Virus record (IMG/VR): IMGVR_UViG_3300036944_000561
Span: 32,001 to 96,000 of that record
Length of the DNA: 64,000 bases
Source of the DNA: a virus
Strand: one strand, 5' to 3'
Position numbers and translations under genes: made by a program. Below the pieces are notes generated by a model. The model was not told where the DNA came from and ran no database searches. It saw only the letters and a program-made list of their open reading frames with translations. This document shows, one piece after another, positions 1-9,563 of this stretch. Numbering within the stretch: the first letter of the stretch is position 1; every line of letters begins with the position of its first letter.

Positions 1-7
1 CAGTTTA

Positions 8-1027
8 ATGGATCGCATGAAAAAGAATCGCGGTAAAACTGCCGAAGCCATCAAATCATCAATCAAGTCTGGTGGTTTTCAAAAAGATGAACGAATTTGG
101 AAATATGGGTATGTGAAACACCCAACCAAAAAAGACAAAAAGGGCAATGCCTTGGTCTATTCCAATTCTGTGATTCGCTTCCTTCCAATATCTTTTGCTG
201 ATTACAGAAAATCAGATGCTGGTGAATTGCCTGATGATGCGGTACTGACTCCAGTAGTTTGTGTCAAGTCTCATAATTTCAAAGGTCCAAATGGTGACCA
301 GTATCGTGAATTGTGTCGTCAAACACTGGGCGAAGAATGTCCTGTCAATGAACACGATCGTCCATTGTGGGATAAATGGAAGGAAATGGGTAAGCCAGAC
401 AACGATATGAAAAAGACATTAGTCGGTCGTATCGCTTCTGACGAATATTATGCCAACATCCTGGTAATCAAGGATGAAGCAGTACCCGAAAACGAAGGTA
501 AAGTGTTCCTGTTCAAATTTGGCCGCGCAATCAACAAGATGATTGACGAGGCGTTTGATCCAGCAAATCCAACTCGGCCTTCATTCGACCCGTTCGACCC
601 GTATACAGGCAAAGATCTGAATTTGTGGTTTGAAGGAGAAAATCGCAAATTTGGTAGCTTTGAAGGTTTAGTGCCAGTAGACATTCCAAAAGAAAGTACC
701 TGGATTGACTCTCAACTGTGTGGCGGTGACGATGCCAAGATTGAAGAACTTCTTGAACAGGCGTATAGCTTACAAGATTTCATCAATCCGAACCAATTCA
801 AGTCGTATGAACAATTGAAAGAACGATTGAAAGTAGTTCTCGGTCTGTCTGATGAAGAAGGGTTCAAAGAACCAGATACCCCAGTGGTGTCTCAATCTAA
901 TTCAGCAGCTCCGGATACTTCTGTTCATGAAAATGACACCCCAGAGCAGAAAGCATCACCGACCGAAGAAGTTTCCGATGATGACATGGATGAATTCGCT
1001 CGAATGTTAGCAGAGCAGAGCATGTAA
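8..1027 (+). CDS. 32: single-stranded DNA-binding protein (T4 gp32-like)
   Basis: VIRFLP, Zn-ligand region H...CRQTLGEECPV, GKVFLFKFG, FDPFDP and acidic C-terminal tail match the gp32 family. Confidence 0.92.
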   Translation: MDRMKKNRGKTAEAIKSSIKSGGFQKDERIWKYGYVKHPTKKDKKGNALVYSNSVIRFLPISFADYRKSDAGELPDDAVLTPVVCVKSHNFKGPNGDQYRELCRQTLGEECPVNEHDRPLWDKWKEMGKPDNDMKKTLVGRIASDEYYANILVIKDEAVPENEGKVFLFKFGRAINKMIDEAFDPANPTRPSFDPFDPYTGKDLNLWFEGENRKFGSFEGLVPVDIPKESTWIDSQLCGGDDAKIEELLEQAYSLQDFINPNQFKSYEQLKERLKVVLGLSDEEGFKEPDTPVVSQSNSAAPDTSVHENDTPEQKASPTEEVSDDDMDEFARMLAEQSM

Positions 1028-1031
1028 GATC

Positions 1032-1058
1032 AAAAAGAGCCTCAAGTGAGGCTCTTTT
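1032..1058. terminator. bidirectional intrinsic terminator
   Basis: AAAAAGAGCCTC-AAGT-GAGGCTCTTTT between two convergent genes. Confidence 0.85.
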
Positions 1059-1061
1059 CTT

Positions 1062-1991
1062 TTACAACAATCCATCAATCAAATTGGTCAATGATTGTTT
1101 GACATCACTCACAACATTAGTCGAAGTGTTGACCATGGTTTTCAATTTTCCGCCAGCCTTTGTCATTTCTGCAGCACTAAATCCAGATGATTGAGTCACA
1201 ACCGAGTTGATTGTAGAATATAGAGCAGCCGCTTCTCCGGTAAAGTTCCCTGCTTGAGCCTGCATCAATAACATACGAGTTGAATATGCTGCTTGTTCAA
1301 TATTTCCTGTTGTCAATCCTTCTACAATACCACCAATTGAACCAGGAAGAACCGATTGATTGGTATCTGTTATCGTACCTGTATCAACTCTCAAGAAAGC
1401 GAATGAAACATCCATGGAAGAACCTAGATCTGAAGACATTTTGTTCAATTGAATAGAACCATATGTCACCGGGTATGCTTCTATGATTTTGACCGCATAT
1501 ACGACGTTGTCCTGTTGATCTAGAGCGGATATTTCTACATCAACCATATAGTCCTCAGCATAACCAACCATTCGGCTCTGCTCGTTCACCTGAATAGCTT
1601 TCCAGCGATCAAAAATTTGTTTGACTAAGAAATCTTTTGGAACTTGGAATGTAAAGTTTAAGAAATCACGTTCAAGACCACTCACATATTTGAACGTGTT
1701 CCCGTTAATTTTCATTTCTTCAGTGGCAAGTTGCGTTCCCGGGAGATCGGTGGCTCTACAATAGAAATCTATCGAATGGTCGCCTTTGGAATTCATCCCT
1801 AATGCTATCAGACCATAATTGATAGCAGAACTCGCCCATGTTGGTATGATTCCGTTGTTGGTAGAGCTCTGGTTGTCGAGGAATGCTGCAACATCCTTTG
1901 GGAGAGGAATAGAAACTTTGAATCGGTTTACCCGATGAAGACCATACCGAATAAAATTGGCCTTCGTTTTTTCATATAGTTCGCCAGCCAT
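1062..1991 (-). CDS. 54: baseplate tail-tube initiator (gp54-like, gp19 fold)
   Basis: NRFKVSI, CRATDLPG, FDRW and EAYPVT motifs of the tube-protein superfamily with a C-terminal extension; start moved to the ATG at 1991. Confidence 0.7.
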   Translation of the reverse strand: MAGELYEKTKANFIRYGLHRVNRFKVSIPLPKDVAAFLDNQSSTNNGIIPTWASSAINYGLIALGMNSKGDHSIDFYCRATDLPGTQLATEEMKINGNTFKYVSGLERDFLNFTFQVPKDFLVKQIFDRWKAIQVNEQSRMVGYAEDYMVDVEISALDQQDNVVYAVKIIEAYPVTYGSIQLNKMSSDLGSSMDVSFAFLRVDTGTITDTNQSVLPGSIGGIVEGLTTGNIEQAAYSTRMLLMQAQAGNFTGEAAALYSTINSVVTQSSGFSAAEMTKAGGKLKTMVNTSTNVVSDVKQSLTNLIDGLL

Positions 1992-2042
1992 TATAATTCC
2001 ACCGATTAAATAAAATAGACTCTTCATATTTAGGATTTGTAG

Positions 2043-2732
2043 ATGGCTTCCATTGATGACGATATCGAACAAGGATTGATTTTAGATACCGAAAAAGATG
2101 GTCCAGAGATTGTTCGTCGGTACATTAAGAAGTATCGGGAATATTTCGGACCAAATGCCAAACGAAACATTGCGCGTTCCAACAAATGGTTCATGCGCCG
2201 GGTGAGTCGCGACAATAAAATATCGAAAGACCGAGCATTCTTTCAGTTTATGGAAAGTTTCAACAAAAGAGGCTTCAAAGATAGAGGTTTAATCGGAAGA
2301 ATGTTCTTGTTCAAATATGAAGCCAAATGGGGTGAAGTCCTTCCAGTTTGGGATAGGAACCCATTGGTCTTTTTCTTCGGATCCTTCGTAGGAAATGGAG
2401 AATACGGTGAAAATGGAGTTCTTTATCTTCAGGGAATCGCGGTGCACTACCTTCCAGCTGCGCTTAGATTGAAATTGTTTACTGCTCTTTTGAGATTCAA
2501 CAATGACACAGCTTTGCGAGAAAAATCTAAATTGAAACTCAGTTGGCAGATTTTGAAAGGATTCTCACAAAGTGAACTAGCCAAGCATTGCGTTAAGACA
2601 TATCGAGCCGATCACATACAATCAAGATTGATCGAAATCAATAGTAGATATTGGGAAATAGTTTTATTTCTCAACTTACAAAATTTCGCGAAAGGGAGCA
2701 ATTCTCTGGCTTGGAAGGGTGTTAAGAAGTAG
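2043..2732 (+). CDS. 2: DNA end protector protein (T4 gp2-like)
   Basis: SNKWF, GRMFLFKYEAK...LPVWDRNPLV, HYLP and CVKTY...I.SR motifs; late promoter TAAATA at 2007-2012. Confidence 0.88.
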   Translation: MASIDDDIEQGLILDTEKDGPEIVRRYIKKYREYFGPNAKRNIARSNKWFMRRVSRDNKISKDRAFFQFMESFNKRGFKDRGLIGRMFLFKYEAKWGEVLPVWDRNPLVFFFGSFVGNGEYGENGVLYLQGIAVHYLPAALRLKLFTALLRFNNDTALREKSKLKLSWQILKGFSQSELAKHCVKTYRADHIQSRLIEINSRYWEIVLFLNLQNFAKGSNSLAWKGVKK

Positions 2733-2793
2733 CTTTACTTCCTTTTCAAATCATATTATCATGGTACGCAATTCAACCCAAGAGGATAGTACC

Positions 2794-3240
2794 ATGATCA
2801 TCAACAACATAATTTCAACTCAAACTCATATCGAAACAGAACTCCAACGCATTCTGATATCTACTGCTGCTCTTCATTTCGTAACCGAAGAAGACGAGAT
2901 TTCTCAACGGATGAAGCATGCGATATATTCTGATTTTCCAGTTTTGAAAAAATGGGCTGGAATAATTTTCGAAGCCGCTAACTGGGGACAAGCGTATATA
3001 CAGTTTAATGATTCTAACGAATATCTAAAATTCTCCGAATCTGAAGACAAGGAACAAATCTGCGAATTTCTAAACCAACTGGGATTCGTTTCCATTTGTG
3101 AGGCATTGACGACAAAAACTTTTGTAATCTATGCCACTCCTTCTTATACTATACGTCATAAGGCAAAAGATTTTGATTTGTTTGAAAAACTTACTGACAA
3201 ACAGTATATTGAGCATTTTGGTATAATGAAATGGGCATAA
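2794..3240 (+). CDS. hypothetical protein
   Basis: Open frame with GAGGA Shine-Dalgarno before the ATG at 2794; no recognised motif. Confidence 0.6.
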   Translation: MIINNIISTQTHIETELQRILISTAALHFVTEEDEISQRMKHAIYSDFPVLKKWAGIIFEAANWGQAYIQFNDSNEYLKFSESEDKEQICEFLNQLGFVSICEALTTKTFVIYATPSYTIRHKAKDFDLFEKLTDKQYIEHFGIMKWA

Positions 3241-3243
3241 TTT

Positions 3244-3468
3244 ATGGACTGTAATTGTGGGGGCATTATTTCAACCACTCATGAAGTAATGACTTCGGCT
3301 GAAGCCAATGAGAAATTTCCCGGACAACGAACCAACATTCCCCAAGGATACAAAAAGATGTTGGTTCGTTGGGGTGTTTGCAATTGTTGTACTCGCCTGG
3401 GATTATATATCAATCCGTTGGTCAAGGGTGAGAAAACCAGATCAATTTTCAACTTTGTAAAAAGGTAA
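3244..3468 (+). CDS. small Cys-rich (possible Zn-binding) protein
   Basis: CNCGG ... CNCC cysteine clusters; tightly packed in the operon. Confidence 0.55.
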   Translation: MDCNCGGIISTTHEVMTSAEANEKFPGQRTNIPQGYKKMLVRWGVCNCCTRLGLYINPLVKGEKTRSIFNFVKR

Positions 3469-3474
3469 TCGATT

Positions 3475-4911
3475 ATGTCAGATTTCGTCTACACTGCAAT
3501 AAAGACCATTCAAGAAGCCAAAGGAAAGGAAAAACTCACCTTTGTTAGAAGTTTGGTTGAAACTTCTTCCCCAGAAGATATCGAAGAACTGAAAACATAT
3601 CTCAAATATGTCTATGGAACAGAAAACTGGTATCAGACTCAACTCAACATTCCTAAAGCGGGTGAAACCAAATCGAACAATTTGTTCGCAATGGGTAAGA
3701 AGAAACTGACCGTCAATCAGGCCATCGAAGAATTCTTATCGGGAACTCGCCGGGGAAATACCGGGGCTTCTCGGCTTTCTGAGATCGCTTCTCGCTGTAC
3801 CGATGACAATCAGCGTGAATTGTTACAGCTGGCACTTTGGCATGACCTGAAGGCAGGATTCGCTCCAAAGAGCATCAATAAAGTTTTTGACAATCTGATT
3901 TTCATTCCACCATATCAAAGACTTTCAACATTAGACAAAGGGAATCACTGGGGATGGGACTGGACGACAGGCGTCGCCGTTCAGAACAAAGAAGATTGCA
4001 TGTTTGGGAATTTGATTTTGAGACGGAAAGGAAATAGTGCCCTCTATAGCAGAAACTTCAATCTGATTGATTCAGAATCCATCAAATCATTGACCAAATA
4101 TTCTGAAGTTTTCTGTAATGAAGTGTATGGTGGTGACGTGGTGGTGATGGGTGAATTGATCGTGTTAGACCCTGAAGGAAAACCATATTCCCGTGAACAA
4201 AACAACGGATACATCAACGGGGTAATCCAGACTGGCGAAGAATTACCAGAAGGAACAAAACTGACTATGAAATGTTGGGATTGTGTTCCATATACGGACT
4301 TCATTGCTGGTCGGTGTGAAATTGATTACAAAACCCGTTTGGGCGATCTACAGTGTGCTTTGGAAATGTCTGGTGGTAATGAACTTCAGATGGTATACAC
4401 CGAAATCGCTCATTGTATTGAAGATGTTCGTTCGTTGTTTTCGAAGGTTGTTAGTGGCCGGGGTGAAGGGGTGGTCATCAAGAACCCTTGGGGAATTTGG
4501 GAAAATTGTGATGCCGGGCATGTTGATGCAGTGAAAGTGAAAGTTCAAATGGACTCTGTTGAACTGAAAATTGTTGGCATCAACGAAGCCGACGAAAAAT
4601 CTCGCCATGTCGGGACATTTGCCAGCTTACAATGTGAATCTGAAGATGGGTTGGTGGTGACTGGGGTAGCTGGGATGACTGATGCCATGCGTGATGAAAT
4701 AAATTCCCATCGTGATTACTATATGGGAAAAGTTATTTCAGCTCGTTGCAATGGTATCCAGTACAATCCTCAGGCACCCCATTCTCTATATTTTGCTCAA
4801 TTTGTAGAAGTTCGAACAGATAAAACAGTGGCCGATACTTTTGAAAGAATCGAATCTATTCAGAAGTCGGCAATCGAAAGCAAGATTATGAGCAAGGAGA
4901 ACGGGAAATAA
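3475..4911 (+). CDS. 30: ATP-dependent DNA ligase (T4 gp30-like)
   Basis: Motif I K-E-D, motif III GEL, IIIa WDC, IV EGVVIKN, V KVK and a C-terminal OB fold. Confidence 0.92.
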   Translation: MSDFVYTAIKTIQEAKGKEKLTFVRSLVETSSPEDIEELKTYLKYVYGTENWYQTQLNIPKAGETKSNNLFAMGKKKLTVNQAIEEFLSGTRRGNTGASRLSEIASRCTDDNQRELLQLALWHDLKAGFAPKSINKVFDNLIFIPPYQRLSTLDKGNHWGWDWTTGVAVQNKEDCMFGNLILRRKGNSALYSRNFNLIDSESIKSLTKYSEVFCNEVYGGDVVVMGELIVLDPEGKPYSREQNNGYINGVIQTGEELPEGTKLTMKCWDCVPYTDFIAGRCEIDYKTRLGDLQCALEMSGGNELQMVYTEIAHCIEDVRSLFSKVVSGRGEGVVIKNPWGIWENCDAGHVDAVKVKVQMDSVELKIVGINEADEKSRHVGTFASLQCESEDGLVVTGVAGMTDAMRDEINSHRDYYMGKVISARCNGIQYNPQAPHSLYFAQFVEVRTDKTVADTFERIESIQKSAIESKIMSKENGK

Positions 4912-4914
4912 CAG

Positions 4915-5424
4915 ATGAACATCTTCCGTAAACAACAACGTCAACAAGCGTTGAAGAATATTGAAATTTCTTCGGATGATATGTTGGACCTCTATCGGCT
5001 GTACAAGTCGATAGAGTTATATCTCATCGGTGATTACGATTATCTGAAATACAAACGATTGAAGAATCTAACAAAAGATTCATTCGCAAAGGAATCGGGT
5101 GACCTGAAGCTGGCGGTTCGTGCCTTGAGCCTTTCTCATCGACGTTCAGACCAATTATTATCAATGCAACGGTGTATCTTAGTGGCTTTGCATTATCTAG
5201 TGCGAGACACTCCTAGGGAAAAGACTGCTAGGTGCACCATTTACGATTTCAATAATGTAAGTGGGAGTTCAATTTTTATCAACAACTTCCCGGTCAATGA
5301 AATTTTCATAGTGGAAAACATTGACATTATGTCATTCGAATTTGGCGTGGTTCAAAAAGCCGAACTCCTTTGCACATGGGTGAAGTCTTTCGACAAAACG
5401 ACGAATGAAAATTTCTTCAAATAA
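4915..5424 (+). CDS. 59: helicase loader-like protein (T4 gp59-like)
   Basis: LYRLYKSIELYLIGDYDYLKY resembles the gp59 N-terminus (VYKLYLMIKQHMNGKYDVIKY); IMSFE resembles IISFE; shorter than T4 gp59. Confidence 0.55.
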   Translation: MNIFRKQQRQQALKNIEISSDDMLDLYRLYKSIELYLIGDYDYLKYKRLKNLTKDSFAKESGDLKLAVRALSLSHRRSDQLLSMQRCILVALHYLVRDTPREKTARCTIYDFNNVSGSSIFINNFPVNEIFIVENIDIMSFEFGVVQKAELLCTWVKSFDKTTNENFFK

Positions 5425-5426
5425 TA

Positions 5427-5471
5427 GTTTACTTGACTTTCAAAAAGATTATAATGGTTTCCATTGAGGCA
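5427..5471 (+). promoter_or_regulatory. early promoter cassette, copy 1 (truncated, no gene follows)
   Basis: GTTTAC-17 nt-TATAAT then GGTTTCCATTGAGGCA, matching copies 2-4. Confidence 0.8.
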
Positions 5472-5495
5472 GCATCACCGACTTTTGTATTCCAG

Positions 5496-5518
5496 AAAGC
5501 CTCTATCGAGAGGCTTTT
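5496..5518 (+). terminator. intrinsic terminator
   Basis: AAAGCCTCT-ATCG-AGAGGCTTTT. Confidence 0.8.
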
Positions 5519-5574
5519 CCTTTTCTTTAAATAGTGAATAATACCTCATTATGTACACTTCAGAAGGAACCATC

Positions 5575-7491
5575 ATGAACGAATTATCTAAGATTGAAGC
5601 TCTTGTCGAAGAGTTTGCACCTTTGAAGAATTTTGGCTTTACTCTCAGCGAAGCCTTCAACGGCGAAACATATCCATTGGATGAGAAGATTATGAAATCC
5701 CCGACGGATATTCAATATATTTTCTCTGACGAAGAAGGTCAAAAATATCGCCTTCAAGTCATGACGTCTCCAAAATTTGGTAAAGGTGTTGCGAAAATCT
5801 ATGTTGGTAAAAATGTGTCTGGTCGGACCTATAAAGATAAGATCGACAAATTCACCAATGCGCCAAAAATGATCGCTACTATTCTGAAGTTGTTTGACGA
5901 CCATCTTCGTACACCAGAAGGTATGAAACTCAATGGTTTCATCATCGACTTATCTGGGGCTGCCGCTGTTCGAGCCGTTCCATTGATGAAGAAAGTTATC
6001 AATTCCACACTTCGTTCAAAAGTGAAAATCGCAGCTGACTTTGACCCGGTACAAGGTCGTCGATATATTTGGGCATACAAATCAACTTTGACTGCTGGTC
6101 AAGTATTCAATGGTGTTGGTTCCGAAGGTGCCCCGTGGTGGGAAAAGGGCGAAAAGAAAGAAGATTCGGCTGTAGAACAGAAATCTAAAAAAGACAAACA
6201 GATAACCCAAAACAATACTACAACCCAATTGAAAGATGTAATCGAAATTGCAAACGCAATAACAGACGAGATAAATTCTAGTCAAGATTTCTCATCGGTA
6301 AAAATTGGTTCAAATGTTTCTTCGAAAAAAGTCCCGGTAAATTCAGAACATAACAAATTCGCTATCAATTTTATTATAGCCGGAGTAACAGTACATTCAG
6401 TTGATGTAGAATTCACAGCAACTGATGCCCATGCTTGGTTCAAAGATAGCGAAATAAAGAAAATTACAAAAGATGCCGTGAAAGCCTCTCAACCATTTTT
6501 ATTGAAAATAAAAGAACGAAAAAATACAGAATTTCTTGAAACAAGAAAGAAACTGTATGACGAAGCGATCCCCGGGATTGAAGAATATCTGAATAAGCTG
6601 TATCCAGATCATAACATTTCTGTCAAATATGATAGAAGATTTAATGATCCGAAAGATGATATGTACACTGCTACGATAACTGTAGACGGGAAAGAATTTG
6701 CAAATACTGTCATTTTCATTTCATATCCTGCTTCATCCAATGGTTCTGCTGCTCAGTTGTCTCTAGAGAAAGCGGGGATACGAAATATTCCTAAGATTAA
6801 AAATGATGCGACCGGGGAAGGAAAAATAAAATCGGATATTCAGAAAACAAATGGAAATTCCGGTAAAACGTTGTCCTCCTCAGCGATCATCGCATTTTTC
6901 TTGAATTCAAATAGTCTAGATGTTTCGAAAAAGATTACCGAAAGTCTTCTTTCTTCCGGATTCAAAAATATTCATTTTGGAACTTCGAATGGTTCATCTA
7001 AAGTTTTAGAATCAACGACAAAGGCTGGATCTATTTTCAGAGTATCTAGTTCTCTAACTTGCACCATATCTTCTTTTGATAAAAAGATTAATTTAGGTCC
7101 TTATGATGTAGATTTTAGAAATACTTTTAAAGATTTCTATGAAGGTTCAGCTTGGTTTGATTATATCGACCCAGCGTATATTCTTCCTGAATATTTGAAA
7201 AAGGTTGCTAATAAATATGGGGTAGAATTTGTCAGTATTAGCGTGTTGAATGATATTGACTGGATGTTCAGAATGAAGTTCAAGGTCGACAACAGAGAGG
7301 CGATATTAAATTTTGGAGGCCAAAGTGACTTAGAATTGTATTTTGATTTTACTGGTAGTAAAGCATGGACTTCCCGCAGCTTTTTTGGTTCTGGTAATCC
7401 GGCAGATGACATACCTCATTTCTTTAGAGACACCCTTCCGGAACTTCTTGTATCCGCTTATGAGCAAGCGGGTATTACTCCAGGAACATAG
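5575..7491 (+). CDS. late protein with Alt-like N-terminal domain and unrelated C-terminal domains
   Basis: Late promoter TAAATA at 5528-5533; TLSE|AF possible prohead-protease site; first ~190 aa resemble the T4 Alt N-terminal region; no ART catalytic motifs recognised. Confidence 0.45.
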   Translation: MNELSKIEALVEEFAPLKNFGFTLSEAFNGETYPLDEKIMKSPTDIQYIFSDEEGQKYRLQVMTSPKFGKGVAKIYVGKNVSGRTYKDKIDKFTNAPKMIATILKLFDDHLRTPEGMKLNGFIIDLSGAAAVRAVPLMKKVINSTLRSKVKIAADFDPVQGRRYIWAYKSTLTAGQVFNGVGSEGAPWWEKGEKKEDSAVEQKSKKDKQITQNNTTTQLKDVIEIANAITDEINSSQDFSSVKIGSNVSSKKVPVNSEHNKFAINFIIAGVTVHSVDVEFTATDAHAWFKDSEIKKITKDAVKASQPFLLKIKERKNTEFLETRKKLYDEAIPGIEEYLNKLYPDHNISVKYDRRFNDPKDDMYTATITVDGKEFANTVIFISYPASSNGSAAQLSLEKAGIRNIPKIKNDATGEGKIKSDIQKTNGNSGKTLSSSAIIAFFLNSNSLDVSKKITESLLSSGFKNIHFGTSNGSSKVLESTTKAGSIFRVSSSLTCTISSFDKKINLGPYDVDFRNTFKDFYEGSAWFDYIDPAYILPEYLKKVANKYGVEFVSISVLNDIDWMFRMKFKVDNREAILNFGGQSDLELYFDFTGSKAWTSRSFFGSGNPADDIPHFFRDTLPELLVSAYEQAGITPGT

Positions 7492-7508
7492 TAGTTTATA
7501 ATTGATTT

Positions 7509-7540
7509 AAACCCCTCAATTTTCAGAGGGGTTTCTTTTT
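7509..7540 (+). terminator. intrinsic terminator
   Basis: AAACCCCTC-AATTTTCA-GAGGGGTTT followed by CTTTTT. Confidence 0.8.
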
Positions 7541-7580
7541 GAATAAATACTTCTATTGGTAACAATGAGAGGTACATGAA

Positions 7581-8285
7581 ATGTCTACTGTAGATAAACC
7601 GAAAGGAATACGAAACAACAACCCCGGCAATATTGAATGGGGTAGTCCTTGGCAGGGGTTGCTTCCAGATGATCAACGGACTGATAAACGTTTTTGCCAA
7701 TTTGAAACCGCTATTGATGGTATTCGCGCTATCGCTCGTACGCTGATCACCTATCAGGACAAGCGCAAAGCCGCAGATGGAAGCAAGATTGATTCTATTC
7801 AAGAAATTATAGAACGCTGGGCACCCCCTTCAGATCACAATCCAACCAGAGAATATGCAAAAGGTATAGCATATTTGATTGATGGGGTAGGGGTAGACGA
7901 TGAAGTAATCGATGTTCACACTTATGAACATCTGAAGCCAATCGTAGAGGGTATTATTCGTCACGAAAATGGAAAAGGTCCATTGAAAAATGACAATTCC
8001 TGGTATAGTAAAGAAATCATTGATGAAGCATTGCGTCGTGCTGGGGTAGTTCCTAAGAAGAAGCCCGTTGTTACCACCGAGACAACCGCTGCCGTCGGCA
8101 TTTCTAGCGTGGGTGTAGCTCAGGTGGCTGATTATGTGCCTCAGGTGATAGATGCCGTCAAAGGAGCAGACAGCCATCTTAGCAGCGGGAATATAGTACA
8201 GATTACAATCGGTGTTGTGATGATTGGTTTAGCAATTTTCTTGGCGTATAGTCGATACAAGAAATCTCAAGCGGGGATGTCATAA
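7581..8285 (+). CDS. endolysin / peptidoglycan hydrolase with C-terminal membrane segment
   Basis: GIRNNNPGNI, F.T..DGIRA and I..RWAP...N.T..Y motifs; hydrophobic C-terminal helix; late promoter at 7544-7549; directly upstream of spanins. Confidence 0.75.
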   Translation: MSTVDKPKGIRNNNPGNIEWGSPWQGLLPDDQRTDKRFCQFETAIDGIRAIARTLITYQDKRKAADGSKIDSIQEIIERWAPPSDHNPTREYAKGIAYLIDGVGVDDEVIDVHTYEHLKPIVEGIIRHENGKGPLKNDNSWYSKEIIDEALRRAGVVPKKKPVVTTETTAAVGISSVGVAQVADYVPQVIDAVKGADSHLSSGNIVQITIGVVMIGLAIFLAYSRYKKSQAGMS

Positions 8286-8545
8286 TGCTCTTGATTTTCA
8301 AAAAGGTTAAAATGTGGTTGGTTGGATTGCTCTTGGCAGCAGGGGCAATCCTAGGGTTCTATTTCAAAGGTCGTTCTGATGGTTCTTCGGCAAAAGAAAA
8401 AGAACATTCATTAGACACTCTCAAAGCAAAAGAGGATGTGATCAATGCAAAGAAACAAGCTCAAGATGAAGTCAGCAATCTTGGTAGCGGGGGCAGTGCT
8501 GATAAGTTGCGTTCTGACTGGGTGCGTGACGACTCAGACAAGTGA
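8285..8545 (+). CDS. i-spanin (Rz-like)
   Basis: N-terminal TM helix plus coiled coil ending LRSDWVRD; translationally coupled to the endolysin. Confidence 0.75.
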   Translation: MLLIFKKVKMWLVGLLLAAGAILGFYFKGRSDGSSAKEKEHSLDTLKAKEDVINAKKQAQDEVSNLGSGGSADKLRSDWVRDDSDK

Positions 8546-8693
8546 GACCCCGGCTTTTTGTGATGCCGCTAGTCCGATATACATTTCGAAAGATGATGTG
8601 CTGACAGACAAAACAGCAGACCAAATCCTACTACACAATCTTGTTGGTAAAGAATTGTGTGGTTGGGGTAAAGATCAGAAAGCCACCAAATAG
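8466..8693 (+). CDS. o-spanin (Rz1-like lipoprotein)
   Basis: Signal peptide with lipobox VLTG-C, overlaps the i-spanin 3' end; FC...PIY...D.LT...A.QIL.HN..G..LCGW pattern. Confidence 0.8.
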   Translation: MKSAILVAGAVLISCVLTGCVTTQTSETPAFCDAASPIYISKDDVLTDKTADQILLHNLVGKELCGWGKDQKATK

Positions 8694-8704
8694 GTGGCTT
8701 TTTC
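8679..8704 (+). terminator. intrinsic terminator after the lysis cassette
   Basis: AAAGCCACC-AAATA-GGTGGCTTTTT. Confidence 0.8.
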
Positions 8705-8736
8705 TTATACTAATATCGTAGTAAACTGTTTCAAAT

Positions 8737-8961
8737 TTGGTCAAAGGAATAGGAACAATGGTTGAAATGTGCAAGATTGTAGAGACTGATGCTTTTTGTA
8801 GAGATTATCCGGATGAACGATTCCTGAATCTTCCTCCTATGTCGAAGGAAAGATGTGAAAGAATTTGTTCAATCATCAATGCGGCCATGACGGAACATTG
8901 CGATCGATATTGGAAAACTGTTCCGAAAGATTATGTGTTAGAACCGGGATTTGAACCATAA
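8737..8961 (+). CDS. hypothetical protein
   Basis: Short ORF coupled to the next gene; D.F.RDYPDE pattern; start uncertain. Confidence 0.55.
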   Translation: MVKGIGTMVEMCKIVETDAFCRDYPDERFLNLPPMSKERCERICSIINAAMTEHCDRYWKTVPKDYVLEPGFEP

Positions 8962-9554
8962 TGACAAGACGATATTTCAAATCACCCTTCACGCATTCTG
9001 AATTGATAGACATCATGGCTCAAAAATGTGTCAGTCAATTCGGTTGCGGGTTGGTTCTCAAAGAACCCAAATCGATGAAGTTGAATTTCGTCCCTGACAT
9101 TTTTGCTGTCAAGAAAGAAGGAGTGACATTTCAATTCGAAATCAAAGTCAGCGTCGATGATTGGAGAAAGGATAGAACCAAACACCATAGGATCAATCAT
9201 CATGAAGATGTTGGTCGATTTCGGTATTATGTTGTTCCGTATGGGATGTTTGGCAGAAATAGGTTCTTTCCTGCTCAAGAAATCAACGGGGTGAATTGGG
9301 GACTGATACAGATAGACAAAGGTGGGCAAATGCATGTTGAAATGGGTCCATCGCCATACAAGGCTCTGAGAAAGTTTTCAAATGGAGAATTTTCAGAATT
9401 TGAATGCACTGCCAACACATCAGCCGAAATGGAATTGGTCTATTCGTATTATCGAAAATTAGTAATGAACACCACAGACGATAACATTAGTTCTATATCG
9501 AATGTGCAGTACAATAGAGAAGATGTACAAGAATTTTGTAGACGAGTGAGATAA
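8961..9554 (+). CDS. PD-(D/E)XK nuclease-like protein (MmcB-like)
   Basis: VPDIFAV...FEIKVSVDDWRKD..K and RYYVVP motifs. Confidence 0.6.
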   Translation: MTRRYFKSPFTHSELIDIMAQKCVSQFGCGLVLKEPKSMKLNFVPDIFAVKKEGVTFQFEIKVSVDDWRKDRTKHHRINHHEDVGRFRYYVVPYGMFGRNRFFPAQEINGVNWGLIQIDKGGQMHVEMGPSPYKALRKFSNGEFSEFECTANTSAEMELVYSYYRKLVMNTTDDNISSISNVQYNREDVQEFCRRVR

Positions 9555-9563
9555 GGCGAAATT

